Shown here piece after piece: positions 29,201-37,085 of a DNA stretch of 64,000 bases (position 1 is its first letter; each line of letters begins with the position of its first letter). Location: sequence record NC_061442.1, one strand, 5' to 3'. The notes beneath the pieces were generated by a model. That model made no database searches. It saw only the letters and a program-made list of their open reading frames with translations, and had not been told where the DNA came from. A program made the translations under genes and the position numbers.

Positions 29201-30275
29201 TCAGATTGCGTAGCTGGTCGTTATACCCACCTTCGATTAGCGCTCTCGCCATTGATACGTGGTTGGAGTTCGCTGTACGCACTACCTTAGCCTGATAGTC
29301 AGGAACGTTTTGCATGTTCTGATTCAGGTTGTAGAAGTAGCTACGCACGAAGTTCGTTCGCTCCACGTTACTCGCTTCCATGTCGCTGGTGTCCTGTGTA
29401 GGTGTCAGCAACAGGTAGAGGGCGGCAAGCAGTTCAGGAGACTGATCGACCATCGGAGAGGCAAGTGAAGCAGCGAGCTTCATCAGACCCTTCGATACAA
29501 AGTCAACAACAGTCTTCTCAATATACGCCGTGCCCGCTCTGCCTACGTTAGGCAGATACAGGCCAGGCAGGATGTAGATGCAGAAGTACAGCGGGAAGTC
29601 TTTACGCATCACGTCAGAGATAAGCATCTCTGAGTAGTCCTTCCAGATGTTCACGTTGAAGTGCCATTCGTCGTAAGGCACAGTGCGCATCAAGTTAGAC
29701 ACTGACAGGTCTTTCACTTGGTTCGCCTGCGATGCAAGATCGCGAGCGCTCTGCGAAGGAGTCAGTGACGAACTAGATACCAGCTGGACGTAGTTGCGAG
29801 TGACTGCGCCTACAGTGTTGTAGACTACGTTCAACATTTCAACGCCGTTACCGTTCAGGCCGAAGATAACAGAACGAGGAAGACCGATGGTGATGTACTC
29901 GTTGTTATTGTCCACGCCCCACAAGCGCCAGTAACGCCCGCGTCCAAGTTGAGTCATAGGCTGCGGGAGAATACGGTTAGCGCGAGGTTTCAGGCAGAAC
30001 GTGAAACAGATACCGCTGTCAATCATGATCACTGAATCATCAGGACGATTCGAATAACCCATCGACATATCGTTGTCGGTACTGTACACGTTCACCAGAG
30101 TGAAGTTCAGAGCCTTAGTAAAAGGCATCTGCGCTTCAATCAAATAGCCGAGGACTTGTCGCAGGATAGTATCGAGCACATACGGAGTAGCAGAACGCAT
30201 TTGCTGCGGACGATACTGCCCGCTGTATGTGTTCTCTTTGAATGTGCGATCTACCTTGAAGTGCGTCAACGCCAT
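29169..30275 (-). CDS. Probable virion structural protein
   Basis: 368 aa in late operon; no family recognised. Confidence 0.55.
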   Translation of the reverse strand: MALTHFKVDRTFKENTYSGQYRPQQMRSATPYVLDTILRQVLGYLIEAQMPFTKALNFTLVNVYSTDNDMSMGYSNRPDDSVIMIDSGICFTFCLKPRANRILPQPMTQLGRGRYWRLWGVDNNNEYITIGLPRSVIFGLNGNGVEMLNVVYNTVGAVTRNYVQLVSSSSLTPSQSARDLASQANQVKDLSVSNLMRTVPYDEWHFNVNIWKDYSEMLISDVMRKDFPLYFCIYILPGLYLPNVGRAGTAYIEKTVVDFVSKGLMKLAASLASPMVDQSPELLAALYLLLTPTQDTSDMEASNVERTNFVRSYFYNLNQNMQNVPDYQAKVVRTANSNHVSMARALIEGGYNDQLRNLIEYLGLTKAD

Positions 30276-31564
30276 TACTTAACCGATTGCTTGAGCAAAC
30301 GTTTCTGCGCAGGGTTCAGGCCCATCACGTCTGCGATTTCATCAATCTTACGCAGAGTCAGAACGCCCTTAGCAGTACCACCAGAACCTGTCAGGCTGAT
30401 CTTAACCAGCTCTCGTCCACTACGACCACGAACGACCTGATGGATAACGCTGTTCTTACCACCACGTCCCGCACGAAGTACAGTAGAAGCCATGCCCAGG
30501 ATTTCAGTGATAGCTTCTTTCTTCTCGGTAGGGCTAAGGCCCGGCACCAGACGAACATACAGGCTATCGTTCTGCACACGCACGTTGTCGAAGATCTCTT
30601 TCTTACGACCACGAATATCGTGTTGAGCATTACCCAGTTGAGTAGTGTCGCGCAGGTTCTGAGTTGAGCGATTGATTGGTTTGCGTTCGCTGTAGTTCAG
30701 GAAACCGTCAACAGCCATGAGCTGGTTGATAGTACGCTTCATTTCTGGAGCAGTAGCAACCAGACGGCCCATAGGGAAACTACCCGGAACCTTCTCGTCA
30801 ACCAGCGACGTAAGGAAGTTTTCACTGATGCCACTGGCTACCGCGATCGTGGTAGACAGTACCATTGCGTAGTTCGGATAGTGCAGGCCTTCTGAGTTCA
30901 CGAAGTTATCAATGAACACATAGGTCTGGAAGCAGATAGGGTCCGTGCCAGACGCGATGAAGGTACGTGTACGAATCTTCGAATAGTCTTCTTTATTCAG
31001 AATCTTCGACAGGTAGTTGGCGATGGTTGCAGCCAGCTTGGTATGCTCTTTAGGAGCGCCGTTCTTAACGTCGATGCTCATAAGTTTAACCAGACGTTGC
31101 TGCTGGGTCTTCGCCTGTTCGATGACGCTTAACAGAGACTTAGCGGCTGCGTTCTGATCTTTGAATGCGCTGAAAGTCTTGCTGCTAAGAATCTGGTAGG
31201 CTACTGCCAGTTCACCAATCGCTTGGCTCAGTTGGCTCACCTGATTGTTATACTGCGCTTTACTGCGAACGTCAGTGATATCAATCTTAGACAGATCGAT
31301 AACCTGATTCAGGTCAATCGCTTTGGCCTGTTTACCTTTGATTGAACCTTCGAGATCAGCCAGCTCAACAGCTTTAGGGCTGGCGCTGACCGACAGAAGT
31401 TTCTTTGGAATAGTGACTGAGGTGGCTTTAGCGATAACTTTGTCGAGTACGTTACGGAACTCTTTCGCTGTACGCGCACCGCGTAACGCAGTCATATTCC
31501 CAGAGCTATAGTCAACAGATGCGCTGATGCTGCTAACTTCATTGTTTTTGGCAGTCTTAGCCAT
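30275..31564 (-). CDS. Probable virion/head protein with SSISAS leader
   Basis: Likely ATG 31564 (SD GAGGA); late-type motif upstream. Confidence 0.55.
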   Translation of the reverse strand: MAKTAKNNEVSSISASVDYSSGNMTALRGARTAKEFRNVLDKVIAKATSVTIPKKLLSVSASPKAVELADLEGSIKGKQAKAIDLNQVIDLSKIDITDVRSKAQYNNQVSQLSQAIGELAVAYQILSSKTFSAFKDQNAAAKSLLSVIEQAKTQQQRLVKLMSIDVKNGAPKEHTKLAATIANYLSKILNKEDYSKIRTRTFIASGTDPICFQTYVFIDNFVNSEGLHYPNYAMVLSTTIAVASGISENFLTSLVDEKVPGSFPMGRLVATAPEMKRTINQLMAVDGFLNYSERKPINRSTQNLRDTTQLGNAQHDIRGRKKEIFDNVRVQNDSLYVRLVPGLSPTEKKEAITEILGMASTVLRAGRGGKNSVIHQVVRGRSGRELVKISLTGSGGTAKGVLTLRKIDEIADVMGLNPAQKRLLKQSVK

Positions 31565-31602
31565 GATCATCCTCTACTGGGTCTAGTATTCATGTCGAGT
31601 AA

Positions 31603-31609
31603 AAATTAG
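31603..31609 (-). promoter_or_regulatory. Late-type promoter motif CTAATTT
   Basis: Intergenic after terminator, 39 nt upstream of start. Confidence 0.55.
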
Positions 31610-31676
31610 CGACTAAGGTCAGTTTTACCCAACATAGTTCTCGTATAGACTTTACAAATTTTGGGCTGTAGAATAC

Positions 31677-31707
31677 AAAAAGGGGCAGCCGAAGCCACCC
31701 CTTTTTT
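31677..31707 (-). terminator. Intrinsic terminator
   Basis: Same GGGGUGGC-UUCG-GCUGCCCC stem as at 5187, plus U5. Confidence 0.85.
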
Positions 31708-31737
31708 GTTTGTGTATCGTAGTACCGACCAGGTCGA

Positions 31738-32418
31738 TTAAACGATCACTTTACCTTTTTTCTTGGTCTTAGCAGCTTTCTTACCAGCTACTTTCTGAGC
31801 CGCGGTGCCGGTGTGCTTAACGGCTTTAGCAGTAGTCTGCTTACCGCCTTTCAGACGTGGCAGTGGTTTCAGCTTAGGCTTAACCAGAGTTACTGCTTTC
31901 GGCTGTACCTTTGGAGTTACCAGCTTGCCGTCTTTAACGGTAGGCTTACGCGCTTTACGTGCGGCCATACGCGCTTTCTGTTTGGCGATCAGGTTTTTGT
32001 AGCCAGCTTTCTGTTTGGCAGCCAGGTTGCTCTGAGCAACTTTCTGACGGGCCAGCAGCAGCTTGCGCACTTTGTCCTGAGAAACTTTGGTAGCTTTCAG
32101 GCCAGCCTGATACTTAGCCAGACGCTCTTTCAGACGCTGCTCGATAGACTTCGCTTTACCTTTCTTAGCCTGCTTACGCAGGTGAGTAGCACGTTCGTTG
32201 TCGAACTTCTTCTCGGAAGCGGTACGCGCAGCCTTCTTCGCTTTGGCTGGCTTAGCGGCAGCAGGAGTTTTAGCAGCTTTTGCTTTCTTCGCTTTTGCAG
32301 GTTTAGCAGCGGCTGGCTTGGCAGCTTTTGCTTTTTTAGCTTTAGGCGCTTTCGCAGCCGCAGGCTTTTTGGTCATCTTTGGATCTTTGGTGCTTTTCAG
32401 TTTGCGTTTTACGGCCAT
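31738..32418 (-). CDS. Histone H1-like (Hc2/AlgP-type) Lys/Ala-rich DNA-binding protein
   Basis: 226 aa dominated by K and A; repeats KAKKAKAAK(T)PAAAKPA; SD GAGGA; own promoter and terminator. Confidence 0.7.
   Translation of the reverse strand: MAVKRKLKSTKDPKMTKKPAAAKAPKAKKAKAAKPAAAKPAKAKKAKAAKTPAAAKPAKAKKAARTASEKKFDNERATHLRKQAKKGKAKSIEQRLKERLAKYQAGLKATKVSQDKVRKLLLARQKVAQSNLAAKQKAGYKNLIAKQKARMAARKARKPTVKDGKLVTPKVQPKAVTLVKPKLKPLPRLKGGKQTTAKAVKHTGTAAQKVAGKKAAKTKKKGKVIV
32227..32370 (-). repeat. Imperfect tandem coding repeat (about 16-17 codon unit, 2 full copies plus partial)
   Basis: KAKKAKAAKPAAAKPA / KAKKAKAAKTPAAAKPA / KAKKAART; boundaries approximate. Confidence 0.65.
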
Positions 32419-32471
32419 GATTATATCCTCAAGTTACAATTGAACTTTCGTCCTTCGGGACATTAAAGTTT

Positions 32472-32501
32472 TTGAAATCAGCATGTAAAAATTAGTATAA
32501 T
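32472..32501 (+). promoter_or_regulatory. Candidate sigma70 promoter firing antisense into sbcD
   Basis: TTGAAA (32472-77) - 18 nt - TATAAT (32496-501). Confidence 0.35.
32489..32495 (-). promoter_or_regulatory. Late-type promoter motif CTAATTT
   Basis: Context TATACTAATTTTT, 71 nt upstream of histone-like gene. Confidence 0.55.
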
Positions 32502-32537
32502 CTCTCCAGGATTCCTGAGGAAATTTCCTAAACATTT

Positions 32538-33611
32538 TTACATAGCAGTATACCCTATTTCAGATAACACCGCGTTAAGTTCTTTGCGAGCACTTATCCG
32601 CAAAGACTTTTTAATTCCAGACGCCTTAAGGTAATCCTTGAGGCCATCACGTGGGTCAATATCCGCAAGCGCCAGCTCACTAACATCAACTGTATCTATA
32701 TTATCGAGATCGACACGTTTATTCGTGGAATTAATTTGGGAAATATTTGGGACGCGAGTACGGATATCTGCTGGGATCGACACGGTATCTTTTACGATGA
32801 CACGATAACGGATCGCTGGGTTTACTTCAAGGCGTGACCAATCCTTTTGATTCTCAATCATAACTGTTTCTAATCTAAACCCAGGCTTACTGTCAACGAA
32901 CTTCCGCTGAACCACCAGCTCGCCTTTCTTATACTTGGCACGAATGTGGATGAATCCTTTCGGCAACGCTTCACCAAACGTTTTCTGGTAGGGCGAGCCG
33001 CAATACTCGAAGCGTTTCTTCTCCAGCACTTGAGCCAGATGGATGTGACCACTTATCGTATAATCACGTGGGTCAACCTTGATATCGTGCTTCGCTTTAA
33101 GAGGGCGTCCGTTATCCCCCAATGCACCCACAGCTTCTACGTGACAGAAGTTGAGGCAGGGCTTCTTGTGTTTGATACTCTCCTTCGCAGGGTGTGCTAG
33201 GAAGTTCACAACGATACCATCAATCTCAACCTGTTCAGGGCGCAGATAGATGTGCAATGATTTGAGGAAGTCCCACTCACAGAATGTTTTGATAAGGTCC
33301 ATGCTGGTGTTAGACATATCAGCCCAGTCATGGTTGCCTCCACAGTACCATGTGTCGATAACACCTTCGTACTTGAGGAAGAACTGGAGCAGCTTGCGCT
33401 TTGTCTCGTCGTCCATCTTGAACTTGTCAGTTATATCACCAGGAACAAAGATGTGACGTATGCCGTGCTCAACAGCGTATTGATAGATGCGGTCAATCGT
33501 TTCCAGTTGACGATCAACGTGGTCGACAGGGAAGTGATTAGCGAGTCCTTCGAAGTGCCAGTCAGCAGTCACTAGGGCTTCAAGGAAGGCCGCTACTTTG
33601 TTCTTTTTCAT
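32538..33611 (-). CDS. sbcD: SbcD/Mre11 (gp47-like) metallophosphoesterase nuclease
   Basis: TADWH, PGDITD, GGNHD, FCHVE, SGHIH, GSPYQKTFGE. Confidence 0.9.
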   Translation of the reverse strand: MKKNKVAAFLEALVTADWHFEGLANHFPVDHVDRQLETIDRIYQYAVEHGIRHIFVPGDITDKFKMDDETKRKLLQFFLKYEGVIDTWYCGGNHDWADMSNTSMDLIKTFCEWDFLKSLHIYLRPEQVEIDGIVVNFLAHPAKESIKHKKPCLNFCHVEAVGALGDNGRPLKAKHDIKVDPRDYTISGHIHLAQVLEKKRFEYCGSPYQKTFGEALPKGFIHIRAKYKKGELVVQRKFVDSKPGFRLETVMIENQKDWSRLEVNPAIRYRVIVKDTVSIPADIRTRVPNISQINSTNKRVDLDNIDTVDVSELALADIDPRDGLKDYLKASGIKKSLRISARKELNAVLSEIGYTAM

Positions 33612-33640
33612 TAGTGTAATCCACAGGTTTCAATGTCTGC

Positions 33641-33649
33641 TATTTACAG
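33641..33649 (-). promoter_or_regulatory. Phage promoter motif CTGTAAATA
   Basis: Directly after a terminator, 30 nt upstream of sbcD. Confidence 0.75.
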
Positions 33650-33677
33650 AAAAATGGGCACCATAAGGCACCCATTT
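33650..33677 (-). terminator. Intrinsic terminator
   Basis: AAUGGGUGCC-UUAU-GGUGCCCAUUUUU. Confidence 0.75.
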
Positions 33678-33680
33678 GGA

Positions 33681-34208
33681 TTATTTTCTGGCTTTTATTT
33701 TGTTTCGTTCATTGAATCTCTGCCAATCTTTCCACCAGTGCTCGATGGACTTGCCATTCTTGTACGCATAGTCGATACAGTTCTGTGTACCAGACGGTGC
33801 TCCGCAGCAGAGTGCAACTAGACGATCAGTGTTGTCTACCATGAAGTGGTTGCGCTTGTTCAACGCAAACACCTCTTGGCCATCCATGTGAACCCAATCT
33901 TCTTTGGAAGTAACAATATGGACTTCGTGGCTCTTGTTCAACAGACCGTCAAGTTCAAATACACTCGATATCTTCCACAGTTTGTTAAAGCCAGGGAAAG
34001 GAAGACAGGACACGACTCTGTGTCCTTGCTCAATAGCAGCGGTGGCGATAGCCATGTCAAACCCTAGAGCGCAGCCCACCCATATTTCAGTGTCTGTCTC
34101 AAGGCGCAGCAATCGTCTATGAGCAAAAGTATAGAGGCGACGTTTTGCCTCAGGGCTAAAGCCACCTAGATACTGTGGGCGATGACCGGTAAAGGATAGT
34201 TTCTCCAT
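33681..34208 (-). CDS. SLOG superfamily protein, YspA/DUF1273-like
   Basis: SFTGHRP, GCALGFD, LPF, RNHFMVD, SGTQNCIDYA..GK. Confidence 0.85.
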   Translation of the reverse strand: MEKLSFTGHRPQYLGGFSPEAKRRLYTFAHRRLLRLETDTEIWVGCALGFDMAIATAAIEQGHRVVSCLPFPGFNKLWKISSVFELDGLLNKSHEVHIVTSKEDWVHMDGQEVFALNKRNHFMVDNTDRLVALCCGAPSGTQNCIDYAYKNGKSIEHWWKDWQRFNERNKIKARK

Positions 34209-34214
34209 GCGCTG

Positions 34215-34223
34215 TATTTACAG
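34215..34223 (-). promoter_or_regulatory. Phage promoter motif CTGTAAATA (possibly leaderless mRNA)
   Basis: Only 6 nt between motif and ATG 34208; no SD in between. Confidence 0.6.
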
Positions 34224-35087
34224 CATTAATACCTTCTGCGACAAAGAGAAGTCTACAAGATAGAGTTGACTTGGGATGCAGTTATCTTCAACCGAGTAGT
34301 CTTCTCCTTTCTTCAAGCGTACAAGCAATCCGGAGTAGGGTAGACAGGCGTCAGACAAGTTAATAGTCTCGTCGTCCACCAGCTTAGACTTGATGCGAAG
34401 TCCTCGGGCTTCGGTGGTGGTCGCATTGGTGTAGGCAATCGAAGGGCCGTAGCCCGTATCAGAAATAGAAAAAGAGGTTGGCCATGAGGCGTGAGTGTAA
34501 TCACTCGTTACGGTTAGAGTGTTGTTCTCACCGTACGCAAAAGTACCGCCAGAAGGAGAGGATGGAGGTGTGTAGTAACCCAACGCATTCACGCTGGCTA
34601 CACCATCCGTTTTAGTTCTGTAGCTATATCCAACGTACACGGCGTAGGTGCGAGCCGCAGATATAGCAGAACGCACACCAATCATAGGCATCGAGGCATC
34701 ACGCGATCCATTAAGTCTACTGGGAAACAGTGTGATATACTGGAACGATGTGTTGGAAGAACCATACAGTCCAGTTAAATTCGGGACAGAGTGCTGTGAC
34801 CACGATCTGTTTGTCTGACGAGCCAAGGCAGCCAATAGAGCCACTGTGCTTCCAGATGTAATACGAGCAAGCTCCGTCAGATAGTACACAGAATCTTTCT
34901 GACCGGAAACTATCATGGTCCTACGATTCTGTCCTAACGTAGTTCGGGCCTCACGCAGCATAAGACCCAAAGATCTATCATCGGTTGGCGCTAACAGGTC
35001 TACGTTATCCTTGACTCGGTCGAAGAAAAACATGTCAGGTGAGGCTGCGTCTGACCATGAGTTTGCTGGTGCCGCTATGTATTGCAT
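34218..35087 (-). CDS. Virion fibre-like protein, paralog family member 1
   Basis: MQYI..., MFFFD, REARTTLG, YYL at N-terminus; ETINLSDA...RLKKGEDYSVE at C-terminus; S/T/G-rich core. Confidence 0.55.
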   Translation of the reverse strand: MQYIAAPANSWSDAASPDMFFFDRVKDNVDLLAPTDDRSLGLMLREARTTLGQNRRTMIVSGQKDSVYYLTELARITSGSTVALLAALARQTNRSWSQHSVPNLTGLYGSSNTSFQYITLFPSRLNGSRDASMPMIGVRSAISAARTYAVYVGYSYRTKTDGVASVNALGYYTPPSSPSGGTFAYGENNTLTVTSDYTHASWPTSFSISDTGYGPSIAYTNATTTEARGLRIKSKLVDDETINLSDACLPYSGLLVRLKKGEDYSVEDNCIPSQLYLVDFSLSQKVLML

Positions 35088-35127
35088 ATGATATTCCTTT
35101 ATTTAGCACATCCTTGTGCTGCCAGAC

Positions 35128-35493
35128 TCAAGCCACTACTTCAAGTTCACGATCACCAGATGCCCAAACGAGTTCACGAATGTTTCGTGGCATGATGATA
35201 CAGCCGCTCGACGCAGTGCCCGGCGCTTTGATGCTATCACCGTGCATCTGAAATGCAGAGCGACCAAACATCACGTTTTCTTTTGCAGGGGTTAAGTCCA
35301 TCGCGTATGGGCCTGTCTTCGCGCTGGTGCGAGGAGCATTCAGCGTGTAGTGACCTACAGGCAAGGGTCCCATTCCCACGATGTTCTGACTGTCGTGTTT
35401 GTTCTTGTGCTCACCTTTACCTGCATAGCCGGTAGCAATGAGTTTACCTGCCGAGTTATACAGACGGCCTGTTGTTTGTTCATACTTCCACAT
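35128..35493 (-). CDS. Tlde1/DUF2778-like L,D-transpeptidase-fold protein
   Basis: GPLPVGHY...GRSAFQMHGD...ASSGCII (H...C catalytic pattern); SD GAGGAG. Confidence 0.8.
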   Translation of the reverse strand: MWKYEQTTGRLYNSAGKLIATGYAGKGEHKNKHDSQNIVGMGPLPVGHYTLNAPRTSAKTGPYAMDLTPAKENVMFGRSAFQMHGDSIKAPGTASSGCIIMPRNIRELVWASGDRELEVVA

Positions 35494-35502
35494 AGAGACT
35501 CC

Positions 35503-36354
35503 TCAGATGTGTATGGTGGATTGTTTTAGTTGCACATACGGACGTGTACCTGGCATCAGGTCTGCGTCCACTTCGAAATCAACACCTTTAAGCAAACGCA
35601 TAAAGACATTATCTGCCATGACCATAACAGCATGACTCAGATTGATGGCCTCATTCTCAGCAGTGAGATTCTCACCAGTAGCTCTATACTGGACAGGCCC
35701 AGAATTTTGATATGGTCTATGTACTCCGTTCTGTGAAGCACTGTTTGGATAAGTCCACATTGACAGGCAATCAACAAACAAAACAGAATCAGTCACGTCA
35801 GAAAATACAGGTGAGATATCTAAGATACCGCCGGCTGGGCTGTTAGTGAACGGTATACTTTTTGTCGATAGCGTAGCGCCGTCCGAATACATACCACGAA
35901 CAGAATAACTTCTACCTAGAAATGTACCGCTGTCCTCTGCTTTCCATGTAGGATATAAGATTGCTTCCACATTCCCAGGATTCAGCACAGACACACGATT
36001 CTGCAAAGCCTGATAGGAGTACGCAGTAGGACCTTGTCTGTATTCGTCACCACCATTAGAAACATGATGGTGTATAACACCTACGTTTGATGAAGCAGTA
36101 GATATAGTGGGAGGTGCCGCATACTGGCTCTCGCCGTTTTTCGCGTACTTCAAGAAGGTGAGATAGTAGTTGTCGCCAGCACGACCACGCACAGGGTTGA
36201 GTTGATTGTTAGTGCCTAAGACAGTACGTGCTAAACGCAACGTGTCGTCGATGGCATCAGAAGTAAATTCAGGTAGGTCATCATGATCATCAAAGAACAT
36301 GACTGCGGGATGCACTGCTTCGTTCAGCGATGCGAAACTGGATAAGTATTGCAT
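35503..36354 (-). CDS. Virion fibre-like protein, paralog family member 2
   Basis: Likely start ATG 36354 (MQYLSSF); LARTVLG..LNPVRGR..YYL; EAINLSHA...LLKGVDFEVD...PGTRP. Confidence 0.55.
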   Translation of the reverse strand: MQYLSSFASLNEAVHPAVMFFDDHDDLPEFTSDAIDDTLRLARTVLGTNNQLNPVRGRAGDNYYLTFLKYAKNGESQYAAPPTISTASSNVGVIHHHVSNGGDEYRQGPTAYSYQALQNRVSVLNPGNVEAILYPTWKAEDSGTFLGRSYSVRGMYSDGATLSTKSIPFTNSPAGGILDISPVFSDVTDSVLFVDCLSMWTYPNSASQNGVHRPYQNSGPVQYRATGENLTAENEAINLSHAVMVMADNVFMRLLKGVDFEVDADLMPGTRPYVQLKQSTIHI

Positions 36355-36395
36355 GTTATATACCTTGGTTTTATTGATGTACCACGGCATAGCAC

Positions 36396-36428
36396 AAAAG
36401 GGCCTACACCTCTCGATGCAAGCCCCTT
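36396..36428 (-). terminator. Intrinsic terminator
   Basis: GGGCUUGCAUC-GAGA-GGUGUAGGCCC-UUUU; G-U pairs and GNRA loop on the minus strand. Confidence 0.75.
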
Positions 36429-36435
36429 GGGAGTG

Positions 36436-36573
36436 TCAGACTATGATTGTCTTGATCACGTTACGGTTCTTCTTTGGGTCGAACCATACTTCTTCGATAA
36501 TCTTGCCCATGCCGAAATTGATCATCTGAACCGTACGGCGTCGAACGAGTTGCAGACGTTTAGACTGGAACAT
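36436..36573 (-). CDS. Small basic protein, 45 aa (below ORF-track cutoff)
   Basis: SD AAGGAG + ATG 36573; MFQSKRLQLVRRRTVQMINFGMGKIIEEVWFDPKKNRNVIKTIIV; terminator follows the stop. Confidence 0.65.
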   Translation of the reverse strand: MFQSKRLQLVRRRTVQMINFGMGKIIEEVWFDPKKNRNVIKTIIV

Positions 36574-36575
36574 GA

Positions 36576-37085
36576 TTACTCCTTAATCATTTTGACGCGC
36601 ATATGATCGAAAATGCCGAACGTAGGCACGTCATGGTTTTGACCTTCATTACCTTTGATGGAGTCGTAGCCAGCGAGGTTCAGTATCTTACTGATCTCGG
36701 TGTACTCGTCCCACCACATGTAGACACGTTTGTGCTTACTGTCTGGAATGAGTTTGTTCAACTTATCTAGGCGTGCTACTAAGGTCAGTGCTTCGTCGCG
36801 GCCAACACGCTTATCCTGAAACGCTTCCATGATAAGTTTCTTAACCCGACTATAGATCTCAGCGAACTTGACCTCTGTCCAGAGAGAACGAAAGTTCAGG
36901 CTGGCATAGCGTCCAGGGTCCGCATGAAATTTGTAGAGGCGCCCATCCTCCGCATACAATTCAGCATACGCACGATCGGGAGTTACCCACGTCATGTGTT
37001 GCTTCTTCGCATGTTCATCTGACCAGTCTTCTGCAAGACCTCGATAGTAGATTGTGGGCGCACTCAGGCTGACGAAGACCTGCAA
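36576..37085 (-). CDS. ADP-ribosyltransferase-fold protein with VFVSLSA leader
   Basis: YYRG, WVTPDRAYAELYA..GRLYKF, C-terminal AGYDSIKGNEG...FGIFD; TTG start abutting the upstream TAA. Confidence 0.55.
   Translation of the reverse strand: MQVFVSLSAPTIYYRGLAEDWSDEHAKKQHMTWVTPDRAYAELYAEDGRLYKFHADPGRYASLNFRSLWTEVKFAEIYSRVKKLIMEAFQDKRVGRDEALTLVARLDKLNKLIPDSKHKRVYMWWDEYTEISKILNLAGYDSIKGNEGQNHDVPTFGIFDHMRVKMIKE

Noticed and set aside
32441-32485. Hammerhead-like GUCC-loop-GGAC-GAAA on the minus strand
   Set aside because: The required CUGANGA directly before stem II is absent (reads CUUUAAU) and no stems I/III form.
32565-32577. 13-mer TAACACCGCGTTA shared with the candidate ncRNA (49405-49417, reverse complement)
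   Set aside because: About 100 chance 13-mer matches are expected in a 64-kb two-strand self-comparison.
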